In this document: positions 8,867 through 20,768 of the stretch, one piece after another
How positions within the stretch are numbered: the first letter of the stretch is position 1
How the letters are laid out: every line of letters starts with the position of its first letter
Source of the DNA: an uncultured Acidobacteriota bacterium
GTDB lineage: Bacteria; Acidobacteriota; Vicinamibacteria; Vicinamibacterales; UBA2999
Direction of reading: 5' to 3'
DNA: 64,000 nt
Assembly (NCBI GenBank): GCA_963841895.1
Contig: CAWJEO010000014.1
Location: 38,303-102,302 of the forward strand
The notes under the pieces: generated by a model
What the model was told of the DNA's origin: nothing
Databases searched by the model: none
The model's input: only the letters and a program-made list of their open reading frames with translations
Position numbers and translations under genes: made by a program

Positions 8867-10940
8867 ACCACCGGCCCGCCCTCAATTCGTGACGCACGAA
8901 AGCCAGCTGCGCCGCGGCCAGCTCCACGCGCTGTGAGAATGGCAACCCGTTGTTGGTGGCGTGTCCCGCTTTCTCGTGGTACCGAAGAATCACCGGCCGC
9001 CCGGATGTGCTCGCGGCCTGCAGCGCGGCGGTGAACTTGCGCGCCGCCAGCGGCGGCACTCGCGTATCGAGATCGCCCGACCAGATCATGACCGCCGGAT
9101 AGCGACTCGGACGGACGTTCTGGTACGGCGAGTACTTGCGGATTGCCGCAAACTGCTCGGGGACCGCCGCATCACCGTACTCGAGCAGCGCCGGCATGTT
9201 GTTGGCGCGCGTGTATTGATTGAAGCGGAGAATGTCGACGTCAGGGAACCCGCACAGCACCGCGCGATAGAGGTCGGGACGCTGCGTGAGGGCGGCGCCG
9301 ACCAGCAGGCCGCCGTTGCTCGTCCCCATGATGGCCAGCGAATCAGGCTGCGTGACCCGCTGCCGGATCAGGGCTTCGGCAGCGGCGATGAAATCGTCGA
9401 AGACGTTCTGCTTGTTGGTGAGCATTCCGCCGCGATGCCACGCTTCCCCGTATTCGTTGCCGCCTCTCAGGACAGCCATCGCGTAGACGCCGCCGCTTTC
9501 CACCCAGGCGGCAGCCATCGCGCTGAAGCGCGGCTTTTGCGACGCGACAAAGCCGCCGTAGCCGAACAGCAGCGTCGGCTGACGCCCGTCGCGCGGCCGG
9601 TCCTTCCGCCCGAACACGTAAATCGGCACACGCGTGCCGTCTTTCGAGGTGCCGCCGATCCGCTCGACCGCATATCGACTCGCATCCCACGTCAGCCACG
9701 GCGCGTCCTGAAGGGTGCGGCTGCCGGTCGCGAGATCGACGCGGTAGGTCGTCTCTGGCGAGGTGAACGACTCGAGCGACAGGATCGCCGCCTGGTCGCC
9801 GTCGCCGCGGATTGACGCGGTCGTGAACTCCGGCACGTCGATCTCGCCCGTCAGGCTGCCGGTGCGATCGAAGGTGAGGATGACGTTGCGCGTGTCGCGA
9901 AGGTAAGTCCCGTAGATCCGATCGCCGATCACGGTGAAGTCTTCGAGGACGTCGGCGCGCTCCGCGAGGACCGTACGCCATCTCGTGCGATCCGTCGGCG
10001 CCGCGAGGTCAATCGCCACGACGCGCCCCATCGGCGCGTCGTGATTGGTCCGCATCCACACTTCGTTCTTCACGAACCGCGGATAGAAATGCGCCGGCAC
10101 GTCAGTGACGACGGGCTGCGGGCGCCCGGCGCCGTCCTGGACGAAGACCTCGGATCGCGCCCAGCCGTGCTGCACCGTGAACAGGAACTGCTTCTGATCG
10201 TCGGTCGCGGCCATCGAGACAAACGCCGTCGGCGCGTAGCCGTCGCCGAAGATCACGTGGTCCTTCACCAGGGGCGCGCCCCAGTCGTGCGAGCGTACTC
10301 GCGCCCCGGTCTCCCGCGATCGCCGGACGTAATAGAAGCCTTTCCCGTCCACCCGAAGCGTCACGCTGTCGTAGAGCGCCGACGGGAACCGCTCCACATC
10401 CTTCATCGACTTCAGATCGCGGACGACGATCTCGCGTTCGTCCTGGCCGCCGTCGCGGATGCCGTAGATCAGGCGATCGCCCGGCGGCGTGACCGCGATG
10501 ACGTCCAGGCTCGAGGTCAACCCCGGACTGAGCGGCCGCGGATCGATCACCAGTTGGTACCGGCCTTCCGGATCGATGCGCTCGCCGGGCGTTGCCGGAA
10601 CGGGGCGCCGATAGATGGCGGCCTGCTCGTCGCCGCGCCGGCGGTGCGTGAAGTACTCGTAGCCGCCACCGCGGCGGCCCGGTCCGACGTCGGGACGATC
10701 CATCAGCCGTCGCAGCGTGGCCTCGAGCGCCGGCCGCTCCGGACTGCGGCTCAGCATCCGCTCGGCGTAGCCGTTCTGCGCCTCGATCCAGCGGCGCACG
10801 TCAGGCGACGACTGTTCCTCGAGCCAGCGATAGGGATCGACGAACGTCACGCCGTGAATCACGTCGGTCACCGGTCGGACGTCGGTCCGGGGCGGGGCGT
10901 CCGCGCGCGACAGAGTGAAACCGCGGCAAGCGGCGCCGCG
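8820..10940 (-). CDS. prolyl oligopeptidase family (S9A) serine peptidase, secreted; 1-nt frame break between signal peptide and mature domain
   Basis: POP N-terminal beta-propeller start VIHGVTFVDPYRWLEE and C-terminal catalytic-domain conservation; signal peptide [18 protein letters not shown] is in the +1 frame at 10940. Confidence 0.8.
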   Translation of the reverse strand, partial: RGAACRGFTLSRADAPPRTDVRPVTDVIHGVTFVDPYRWLEEQSSPDVRRWIEAQNGYAERMLSRSPERPALEATLRRLMDRPDVGPGRRGGGYEYFTHRRRGDEQAAIYRRPVPATPGERIDPEGRYQLVIDPRPLSPGLTSSLDVIAVTPPGDRLIYGIRDGGQDEREIVVRDLKSMKDVERFPSALYDSVTLRVDGKGFYYVRRSRETGARVRSHDWGAPLVKDHVIFGDGYAPTAFVSMAATDDQKQFLFTVQHGWARSEVFVQDGAGRPQPVVTDVPAHFYPRFVKNEVWMRTNHDAPMGRVVAIDLAAPTDRTRWRTVLAERADVLEDFTVIGDRIYGTYLRDTRNVILTFDRTGSLTGEIDVPEFTTASIRGDGDQAAILSLESFTSPETTYRVDLATGSRTLQDAPWLTWDASRYAVERIGGTSKDGTRVPIYVFGRKDRPRDGRQPTLLFGYGGFVASQKPRFSAMAAAWVESGGVYAMAVLRGGNEYGEAWHRGGMLTNKQNVFDDFIAAAEALIRQRVTQPDSLAIMGTSNGGLLVGAALTQRPDLYRAVLCGFPDVDILRFNQYTRANNMPALLEYGDAAVPEQFAAIRKYSPYQNVRPSRYPAVMIWSGDLDTRVPPLAARKFTAALQAASTSGRPVILRYHEKAGHATNNGLPFSQRVELAAAQLAFVRHELRAGRWWFLSSEVPKFLSSQP

Positions 10941-10962
10941 AGGAGGGCGATCGCACGACGGC

Positions 10963-11755
10963 TCATGGCGTCTCCTCATTGACACGACGCTCGAGGTCGC
11001 GCTGCAGCCGGCGCATTCCGCGCAGCCATCGGTCGTAGTCGGAGGCCTTGCGGCGGACGTACTCCGCGACGTCGGGGTGCGGAAGGATCAGAAATCGTTC
11101 GTCGGCCAACCCGGCGATGACCGCGTCAGCAACCGCGTCGGTCGAGATGGCGCTGTCGCCGAGCAGTTCGCGGATGGCGCCAGGGGCAGCATCGAGCATC
11201 GGCGTGCGCACGCCTTGCGGGCACAGACACGACACCGTGATTCCGCGATCGCCGTAGGTGATCGCGAGCCATTCGGCCAGCGCGACCGCCGCGTGTTTGG
11301 TGACCGAATACGGCGCCGAGCCGACCTGCGTGAGCAGCCCGGCGGCTGACGCGGTCTGCAAGAGGTAGCCGCGGCCGTTGCGCGAGCATCGACGGCAGCA
11401 CCGCCCGCGCGGCGTAGATGTGCGCCATCACGTTGACGTGCCAGATGCGTTGCCAGTCGGCATCGCTGGTGTCGAGGCTGCCGCTGCCGCCGCCGATGCC
11501 GGCGTTCGAACAGAACAGGTCGATGCGGCCGTACCGCTCGAGCGCGGACCGGACGACACCGACGACTTCGGCTTCGTCACCGACATCGGCGACCAGCCCA
11601 AGTCCGCCGACCGCCGCCGCGACCTCATGCGCGCGCGCGTCGCGATCGACCACGACGACGGCCCGCGCTCCTTCACGCGCGAACCGCTCCACCAGCGCCC
11701 GCCCGATCCCGCTCGCGCCGCCGGTGACGACGATGACGGCGTCATGGACGTTCAT
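10963..11755 (-). CDS. SDR-family short-chain dehydrogenase/reductase, one frame break near 11360-11400
   Basis: [15 protein letters not shown] Rossmann motif in 11126-11755 frame; catalytic YSVTK in 10963-11361 frame. Confidence 0.7.
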
Positions 11756-11789
11756 TCACGTCCGTTCCTCGTGCCGTGTTCACCGGACT

Positions 11790-11912
11790 CGCTACTCTGG
11801 TGCGCGTGCACCGCACCCGTGCACCCGTGCACCTGGCGCACTCCCGTGACCTAGTGCACCTGTGCCCCGCACCGCACCCAGTGCACCTGTCGCACCGGCG
11901 CACCCAGCGCAC
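11790..11912. repeat. tandem GTGCACC-word array (GTGCACCGCACCCGTGCACCCGTGCACCTGGCGCAC...)
   Basis: read directly between MBL paralog B stop (11916) and SDR start (11755). Confidence 0.6.
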
Positions 11913-11915
11913 CTG

Positions 11916-12828
11916 TTACTTGATCGCGTCGTAGATCGACTCGACGTTCGCCAGCAGCCGCGCCTCCGCCGGCGCCGCGTAGCCTGTGTACCTGGCCGGA
12001 ATCGCCCACGCCGCGACAATCTGACCGGGCGACTGCCCCGCCTTCTTGCCGCTCTGCACGAACGCCAGGAAGTCCTTGTTGAAGTCCGAATACTCCTTCA
12101 GATCCGCCATCGTCATCTGAACGCTGTGACCGGTGACGATCGTGTCGACGTTCTTCGACGCCGGCGTGCGCCTTGGCCAGCGTGTCGCCGATCTCGAGAC
12201 CGGTGCCGCCGTTGTTGCCGTCGAGGAGCGGCAAGTTCTTGCCGGAGAAGATGTCGCCGGCGTGCATGATCCGCAGCGCCGGGAACACGACCCACGTGTC
12301 ACCGTCGGTGTGACCGCGGCCGAAGTAATAGAGGTCGATCTGATCCGGGCCGCTCATCAGCGTGAGCTTGTCCTTGTAGGTGCGCTTCGGCAGCCCACGA
12401 CCCTGGTTGTTGTCGAAGATGTTGCCGTTGGTGCCCTTCATCCGCTTCATGCTCGCCGCCGCGTTCTCGTGCGCGACAACGTCAACCGTCGTCGGGAACT
12501 CCACGTTCCCGCTCACGTGATCGCCGTGGGTATGGGTGTTGATGATCATCGTCACCGGCTTGTCGGTCAGCTCTTTGATCTTGTCGAGGATCGGCTGCCC
12601 CCATCCCGGGTTCTTCGTATCGACGACCACGACGCCCTTGCTGGCCACGAAGACCGCGGTGTTGCCGCCACCGCCAGCGCCGCGCAGGACGAAGAAGTTG
12701 TCTTTCAACTTCTCGACTTCGACGACCTTTGGCTTGTCCGCCTGCGCCGCCGGCTGCTGACCACCAGCGACGACCGCCGTCGCCAGACCCACAAACACCA
12801 ACGCGCCCAATACTGTTGCTCGCTTCAC
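11916..12828 (-). CDS. secreted MBL-fold metallo-hydrolase (paralog B), one frame break near 12160-12180
   Basis: N-terminal 240 aa near-identical architecture to 7847-8770 (THTHGDHVSG); C-terminal KNVDTIVTGHS...YTGYAAPAEARL in second frame 11916-12302. Confidence 0.7.
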
Positions 12829-12848
12829 GACGTGACTCCTCGCTGTTC

Positions 12849-12916
12849 AAAGTTCCGAAGTTCCGGGTTCCTATGTTCCTAAGTTCCTGACACCTGACCC
12901 CTGATCCCTCGATCCC
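12849..12916. repeat. two-part tandem-word element (AAGTTCCGAAGTTCCGGGTTCCTATGTTCCTAAGTTCC + TGACACCTGACCCCTGATCCCTCGATCCC), same family as 8795-8866 in opposite orientation
   Basis: read directly; between beta-lactamase-family stop (12920) and MBL paralog B start (12828). Confidence 0.7.
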
Positions 12917-12919
12917 TTC

Positions 12920-14224
12920 TTAGTTCAGAACCGCTTGATACACCAGATTCCGCGACAGGCCCTGAATCTCGCCGGTCGTGCGGCCGTTCCAATGCTGGAT
13001 CATGCCGACGAACGTCACGTCCATCACCGGGTCGATCCAGAACCAGGTGCCGCCGATGCCGAACCAGTCGAACGATCCGTCCGAGACCGACTCGCCGGCG
13101 GCCGCGGCATCGATCACGACGCGCGGCCGAGGCCCCAGCCGGTGCCCGCCCGGACGGTCTTGAGCGCGTCGGCCTGGAGATGATTCGTGCGCAGCATCTG
13201 GACCGTGCGCGGCGAGAGGTACTGTTTGCCGCCGAACTCGCCGCCGTTGAGGAGCATCTGCGCGAACCGCAGATAGTCGTCCGGCGTCGAATAGAGTCCG
13301 CCGCCGCCGGACGGCCCGAGCGGAACCACCGTCGACTCGTCGGGATTGCCTCGGGCGGCGTCGACTTGCCGTCCGGCCCGTCGCGATGCAGGCGCGCGAG
13401 ACGGCCGAGCTTCTCCTTCGGCACGTAGAACGCCGTGTCCTTCATGCCGAGCGGATCGAACAGGCGCGTCTTGAGGAAATCGGCGAACGGCTGGCCCGAC
13501 ATCTTCTCGACGAGGTAGCCCTGCACGTCGACGCCGATGCTGTACTACCAACGCGTGCCCGGCTGCGCCAGCAGCGGCGTCTTCGCCAGCTTGTCGATCA
13601 TCGTCTGCAGCGGCGCGGCCGGGTTGAGCGTCTGCTTCCTTGATGATCTGCCGATCGACGGCATTGGCTGGATTGAGCACGTAGCCGAGGCCCGCCGAGT
13701 GCGTCAGCAGCTCGCGCATCGTCATGCTGCGGCGCGCGTCCTCGAGCTTCATCGTGCCGTCGGCGTTGTCGCCGGTGTGGACCTGCAGCTTGGCAAACTC
13801 CGGGATGTAGCGCGAGACGGGATCGTCGAGCCGCCACTTGCCTTCCTCGAACAGCATCATCATCGCGACGCCGGTGATCGGCTTGCTCATCGAGTAGATG
13901 CGGAAGATCGTGTCGCGCTGCAGCGGCTCCGGGGCGGCAGGTTCTTCGGCCGAAGGCGTTGGCGTTGACAATTTTGCCGTGCCGGGCGAGGAGCGACGTC
14001 ACGCCCGCAACGCGCCCTTCGTCGACGAAGCGCTTCAGGCCGGCATCGAGACGGCGCAGCCGTTCGGTCGAGACGCCGACCGACTCGGGCGTGGCCTTCG
14101 CGAGATCGCGAGCCGAGTCCGCGGTCCGAACGGCCGCGCCCGACGCCCGCGTCGCGGCGGTCTGTCCGTGCGGAGCGGCAACGAGCGTGAGTGCGACGAG
14201 CAGCGGCAGACACAAACGAATCAC
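12920..14224 (-). CDS. beta-lactamase-family serine hydrolase (class C/esterase-like), secreted; at least four frame breaks
   Basis: signal MIRLCLPLLVALTLVAAPHG; SxxK motif FRIYSMSKPITG; C-terminal GGGGLYSTPDDYLRFAQMLLNGG and FDWFGIGGTWFWIDP spread over four frames. Confidence 0.6.
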
Positions 14225-14276
14225 CGGCGTCCTCCTGAAGGGTCGTGCAGGTTGACGGCCCGGATTATACGCGGCG

Positions 14277-15929
14277 TCAGTCGTTGGTGGCCTTCAGCGC
14301 CCGCTGCGCCTCGACCACCGCCGGCGATCCCGGCGCGGCGCCTGGCATCGCGGCGAGCTCCTGAAACCGTGTCCGCGCCATCGCGGTGTCGCCCGCGGCC
14401 TGCGCGGCCCGCGCCAGGCCGAGCAGCGAGGGCGTCCGTTTCGGCGTGCGCAGCAACGATTGCTGGAACGCCTGCACCGCCTCTTTCGCTCTGCCGGCTT
14501 CGAGCAGCATCTCGCCGTACAACTCGAAGGCGGGCTTGATCGGATCGGGCGGGCCGGACGGCGCGTTGAGCGTCCGGCTTCGACGTCGGCAGCTTCCGGG
14601 CGAGTTGCAGCGCTTCGTCCTTTTGCCCCTTCGCCCAACGAATGACGGCGCCGAGCTCTTTCTCGCGGATGACGTGCGGCTTGGCGGCGTACGACGTCGG
14701 ACCCTCTGCGATTCGACCGGTCGCCGCTTTCAGTGCCGCCTCGGCCGCCTCGGCCGTCGCCAGGTCGCCCAGTTTTCGCGGCGCTGACGCCGACGATGTA
14801 GGCCCAGGTCGCGGAGCCGTCGTAGTCCGCCATGCCGCGGCATACCGGGCATGTTCGGCGTGGTCGCCGCCTGCCGCTGGCGCCGCCGGGGTCGCGAGCG
14901 AAAGCTTCTCCCACTGCGCGGTGTCGGAAATGTAGCCGCGCGCGCATGCCCAGGTAGCCGTCGCGCACGCCGCGGTTCTGCGGATTGCGATCCGCCGCCT
15001 GCTTCGCGAGTTCGATGTTCTTCTTCGCGTCGTCGAACTTGCCGAGCATGCGTTGGCGTAGGCGAGCCACGAGAGCGTGTGGAAGTCTTCGCGGCCTTCG
15101 GCGCAGCTTCATGCGCGTGTTGAGGTCGACGGCGGCCTTGTGCGACTGATGTTCGGACCGCTCGGCGTCCTGCCACATGCCGAGCTGAACGAAGATGTGC
15201 GACGGCATATGCGAGCGCATGCGCCGCCGACGGCGCAATCTTCGCGTAGGCTCGTGCCGCCGTCAGGCCGAGCGGCGCATGATCGGGATCATCGAAGGCG
15301 TGAATGACGAAGTGCGCCGCGCCAGGATGCTTCGGATTTTTCTGGAACACCGCTTGCGGCGATCGACGCGGCGAGCGCCTGGCGGCGGAATCCGGTGTCG
15401 CCGGGCCGTCACGCGTCCCGAGCAGCGACAGCGCATAGAACATCGCGATTTCGTGATCGTCAGGCCACTGCGCCGTACATCCGCGCCAGCGCGTCCGAGT
15501 ACGCCTGGTCGCGCGCGAGCTTGTCGCCCGGCGGCGAAGTACAGACTGATGAGCGCCTCGAAGTAACGCCTTCTCCTTGGGCAGCTTCGCTTTGCTCGAC
15601 TCGACCGGCGGGCGGTGGCGTCGAGCCGATCGAGCGCTTTCTTCGCCGCCTCGAGATCCTGCTGCGCCCACAGCGGATGGTTGTGGCTCATCGCCTCGCC
15701 CCAGTAGGCCATGGCAAACGGTGTTGTCGGCCTTCTGCGATTGCTGGAACGCTTCCGCGGCTTCGTCGAACTGGAAGTTGTGCAGCGCCTTGACGCCGAT
15801 GAGAAACGCGTCTTGCGCCGCGCCGGTCGCGGAGGTCGGAAAGGTGATGGTGCCGAACTCCTGCGAAGCGCGGGAGTCGCTCAGGAATAGCGCGATGCAC
15901 AAAGCCGCGAGTGCGGAGTGGCGGATCAT
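14277..15929 (-). CDS. TPR-repeat protein, secreted; multiple frame breaks
   Basis: signal MIRHSALAALCIALFLSDSRA; conserved blocks MAYWGEAMSHNHPLW, HMPSHIFVQLGMWQD, TPR-like C-terminus across four frames. Confidence 0.5.
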
Positions 15930-16009
15930 GGTTGGAGCCCCCTGCGTGGCGTGTTCCGTCCCGCGAGCATACATCGCCCGACACTTCGGCTGGCGCGATC
16001 CCAGGCAGC

Positions 16010-18684
16010 TCAGCGATCGAGCGCCGTTTGCCAGTTGAGAACGACCGAGATGGGATCAGGGACAGCCGCCGCAACCGGGAGCAACACCAGGAACCGTTGA
16101 CCGTCCGACATGACGTCCCAATTCGTCACGGTCAGCGGCAGCGCAAACAGTTGCCGTGGCAGTGCCGTTCGGACGACGTCGCCGTCAACGGACACGTCAG
16201 CGGCCATCATTGCTCCGTCCGGACTACGGTAGAAGAGCTCCTTGCCATCTCCTCTCCATCGCGGGCCGATGCCGCCGGCGTTCGACACCTGCCACTTGGC
16301 GCCGAGTGACGTCGTGCCGTCAGCCCGCACGAGAAACGGCCTGAGATAGACCTCTTGCTGACCGGATTCGTTCGACACGTAGGCGACGAAGCGTCCGTCA
16401 GGCGAGAACTTGCCGGATCCTTCATTGAAGGGCGTTTCGAGCAGCGTCACCTCCCCGCCGGTCGAATCGAGGCGAAGCGCCGCGATGTCCTGGCCGTTCT
16501 GGACGCTGCTGCGGACGAACAGCAGGAATCGTGCGTCGCGCGACCAGTCGGTCGGCGTCTCCGGAATCGGCGTGCGAAGCAGCGTCTTCTCCTCGGTCGC
16601 GCCGCTGGCGTCCTTCACGTACATGTCGCCGTTGCTGTCACGGTTCGAGCGAAATGCGATGCGTGCACCGTCCGGCGACCAGATGGGATTGGCATCCGGG
16701 GCCTGGTGAAACGTGAACCGCGTGAAGATGGCGCGAGAAAACTCGACCGACCACAAATCTGGTGCGGGTAGCGGCGCGATACCAAACATTGCGCGCGAGC
16801 CGTCCGGCGAAATCGCGAGCATCCCCGCTCCTGTGGCGTACGGACGGGCGTCACCAATCGTTCCGGTCGTCTGACCTTTCCGGTCTATCCATGTCAGCTG
16901 TTGGAGGTTGGTCGACGTGGCGGCGCCGCCGCGGTAGACGAGCAGGTCGGCACCTGCCGCTCCGAAATACGCAAACGACCCAACGCTGCCCACCCCCTCG
17001 GCAAGCCGCTGCGCCTCGCCCGACACCGTGAGGCGATCGAAATCAAACGGCTGGGCGACCAGCGTGGCATCTCGCATGTAGAGGAGGCGGCCGCCCGCGG
17101 GCGTCGCTCACCGCCGGCACGGGTCCGAGCGGCGCGTGAACGATGCGCGTACTCGACTGGTCAGCAGGCGGCACATCGATGGACCCGGCGTAGATCCCCT
17201 GCTGCGCCGCGTCGGCCGATTGCCGGACGTAGAGGAATCGTCGGCCATCGGGCAGGAACGTCGGAAACGAATGGAACCCGGATCGGGGATCGTAGGCGGT
17301 CACCGCAGCCGGGTCACCGCCGGCAGCGGAGACGCGCCAAATGGAGCCGGCGCCGCGCGTCCCATAGAGGATCGTGCCTTCCTGATTCCAGGTGCCGATG
17401 CCCACGAGGGCCGGCGATTGGCACACGGTCTGCGGCAGGCCGCCCGCCGGATCGATCTTCTTGAGCAGCCGCTCGTCGGCAAATGCGATCAGCCGGCTGT
17501 CCGGCGACCAGAACGGACTCCAGGCGCCCTCCGTTCCGGGTAGGACGCGGGCGTCGAGCGAATCGAGATCCCGTACCCAGAGACGCACGATGCCTTTGTT
17601 GTCTCGCGCAGTAAAAGCGAGACGCCGCCCGTTGGGCGCGACCGCTACGTAAATGTCGAACGTCTGGTCCGCCGGCGGCTGAAGCTGAAAGCGCGCCATC
17701 TCGCGCGGCAGCGCTGGCTCCGTGAAATGCACGAAGGCCAGAACGGCAGTCGTCAGCGCCAGCGCCGCAGCCGCGATCCACCCCATCCACCAACGCTGTC
17801 GGTGGACCACCGTTGCGGCCGGCGCAGTGTCGATCAGATCCCACGCATCGGCGATATCGTGCAGCCGCCTGCGGGGATCGCGCTCGAGGCATTTCTTCAG
17901 CAGCCGCTCGATCGACGCCGGCACGACGCTCCACTCGACCTCGGCCCTGAGCACCGAGGCGAGCGTGTCCGACACGTCATCTCCCTGGAACGCCCGACGG
18001 CCGCTCACCATTTCGTAGAGCACGCACCCGAACGCCCAGATATCGGCCCGCTTGTCGACGGGTTTACCCTTTGCCTGTTCGGGCGCCATGTAAGCGGCCG
18101 TGCCGAGGATCATCCCGTGCATGGTCATCGCCGGCGTCGTAATCGTGGGCGAGTTGAGCACCGCGTCGGCCTGCGAGCCGCTTCCGCCGGTCGAACCGGT
18201 GGACTCCAATGCCTTTGCGAGACCAAAGTCGAGCACCTTCACGGTGCCATCGTCGCGGACCTTGATGTTCGCGGGCTTGAGATCGCGGTGCACGATGCCC
18301 TGCTCGTGCGCGGCCGCGAGCGCATCGGCAATCTGGCGCGCGATCGCCAGCGCATCGTCCAGCGGAATCGGTCCGCGCTTGAGGCGCTTCGCAAGGTCCT
18401 CGCCCTCGACGAGCTCCATCACGAGCGCCCGCACTGGCACCCGAGTCCTCGACGCCGAGCAGCTGGGCGATGTGCGGATGGTTGAGCGCGGCAAGCGTCC
18501 GGGCCTCGCGGTCGAACCGCGCGAGGCGCTCGGCGTCGGCCACGAACTCCGCCGGCAGGATCTTCAGTGCGACGTCGCGCCCGAGCCGCATATCGCGCGC
18601 ACGATAGACCTCGCCCATGCCGCCGGCTCCGAGCGAGCCGGTCACTTCGAACGGGCCGATGCGCGAACCTGGCGAAAGCGTCAC
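16010..18684 (-). CDS. Hanks-type Ser/Thr protein kinase with transmembrane segment and C-terminal TolB/PD40-like beta-propeller; at least two frame breaks
   Basis: [31 protein letters not shown] motifs; TM WWMGWIAAAALALTTAVLAFV; PD40-like repeats (SPDGSRAMF, SPDGRFVAY). Confidence 0.75.
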
Positions 18685-18779
18685 GAGGGCTGGGCGGATT
18701 ATGGCCGAGATAAGTGGGCCAGGAGAAGAATGTCGCGCCCATTGCAGCCGTCCGGCGCATGCGGGAGACTACGCGCATC

Positions 18780-20659
18780 ATGGCGACCCGATCTCTCGCG
18801 CTGCTCGTCGTTCTGACTCTCGCCACCACCGTCTCCCCTGTCTCGACGCAGCAAGGCCCGCGGGGCGAGGGCGGGGAGCGGCGCGCGCCGGTGCTGAGGC
18901 CGGCGGTGATGGGCCCGACGGGCGGCGTCTCGACCGGGCATCCGCTGACGACCGCGGCCGCGTTCGAGATCCTCCTCAAGGGCGGCAACGCCTTCGACGC
19001 CGGGGTCACGTCGCTCATCGTCGGCGGCGTGCTCGAACAGGATCTCTATAGCCTCGGCGGCGAAGCGCTCGTCCTCGTCTATCCGAAGAAAGAGGGCAAG
19101 GTCACCTCGATCGTCGGCCAGGGCTGGGCGCCGAAGGCGGTTGACGTCGACTGGTATGTCTCGCGCAACAAGACGCTGGACGGCGCCGGGCTCGACCCGG
19201 CGGTCGTGCCCGGCGCGCTGCACGCCGCGCTGACCGTGCTCGAGAAGTGGGGGACGATGAGCTTCGCCGAGGTGTCGGCGCGCGCGATTCAATACGCCGA
19301 GCACGGCTTCCCGATTCGCCACAGCACGGCGCGCGGCGTCGAGCAGCAGCTCGACTTCTTCAAGGCGTGGCCCGACAACCAGAAGTACTGGCTGAAGCCG
19401 GACGGCACGACCTACAAGCCCGGCGAGACGATCAAGCTGCCGACGCTCGCGCGCACGCTGAAGCGCATGGTCGAAGCCGAACGCGGCGCTCGACGGCAAA
19501 GGACGGAACGCCGGGCATCGCCGCCGCCCGCGATCGCTTCTACAAGGGCGACGATCGCCAAGGAGATGGTGGCGTTCCTGCAGAAGCACGGCGCGCCATT
19601 CGATCTCAGCGACTTCGCCGACTACATCGCGCGGATCGAGGAGCCGGCGCAGACGACCTATCGCGGCTACACCGTCTACAAGCACTCGTTCACGAGCCAG
19701 GGACCGGTGCTGCTGCAGGCGCTGAACATCCTGGAGAATTTCGATCTCCGCGGCATGCGCCACGACAGCGCCGACTACATCCACACCGTCATCGAAGCGC
19801 TCAAGCTCGCCTACGCCGACCGCGACACCTATTACGCGGACACCGCGTTCGTCGCAGGTGCCCGGCGAGGGGCTGCTCTCGAAGGCGTACGCCAAGGAGC
19901 GCGCCGCGCTGATCGATCCGAAGACGGCGTCGAAGGCGTTCATCGCCGGCGATCCGCTCAAGTTCGATTCAAAGGTGAAGACGTGGCCGTTCTCCCGCTA
20001 CAACATCCCCGACGGCACGCGGCTGCCGACCACCTCCGGCGTGCCTCGACCCGCTCGGGCAAGCGATTCCGCCGGCGTCGTCAAGGACACGACGCACATG
20101 GCGGTCATCGACAAGGACGGCAACATCTTCGACGTGACGCCGAGCGGCGGCTGGATTCCGGGCGCGGTGATCCTCGGCGACACCGGCATCGGCATGAGCG
20201 TTCGCGGCGAGCAGTTCTGGCTCGACAAGACGATGGCCAACCAGATCCGCCCGCGCGCCCGCCCACGCTATACGCTGACGCCGAGCATGGTCTTCAAAGG
20301 CGACACGCCGCTCATGGCGCTCGGCACGCCCGGCGGCGACAACCAGGATCAGACCATCATCCAGGCGTTCCTCAACATCGTCGAATTCTGGGACGACTGG
20401 TATCCCAACCTTCATTCGGCGCTCGAGTGGCCGCGCTTCCAGACGCTGCACTTCCACGGGTCGTTCTGGCCGCACTCGGCGGGCTTCAACAAACTGAATC
20501 TCGAGGCCGACATTCCCGATGCGGTGTTCAACGAGCTGAAGGCCCGCGGTCACGACGTCAGCCGGATCCGCTCGTATCGGAATGTCCGGCTGCGCGACGA
20601 CGGTGATGATCGATCCGGCGACGCAGAACCGGTTCGCCGCCGGCGATCCGCGGCGCGAC
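18780..20659 (+). CDS. ggt: gamma-glutamyltransferase, secreted; at least four frame breaks
   Basis: GGT N-terminal region and the catalytic-subunit block TTHMAVIDKDGNIFDVTPSGGW, C-terminal SGCATTVMIDPATQNRFAAGDPRRDCYALAH found in three frames. Confidence 0.8.
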
Positions 20660-20663
20660 TGCT

Positions 20664-20768
20664 ATGCGTTGGCGCACTGAGGCAGGGATCAGGGATCAGG
20701 GATCAGGGATCAGGGACGGTCGAGACGTTACGGCGAACTCAGGAACTTAGGAACTCAGGAACCTCGAC
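20664..20768. repeat. two-part tandem-word element: (GGGATCA)x5 + spacer + CAGGAACTTAGGAACTCAGGAACC
   Basis: read directly between convergent ggt (stop 20659) and psuG; psuG reads into it (C-terminal ..SSRFLSS, stop at 20747-20749). Confidence 0.7.
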
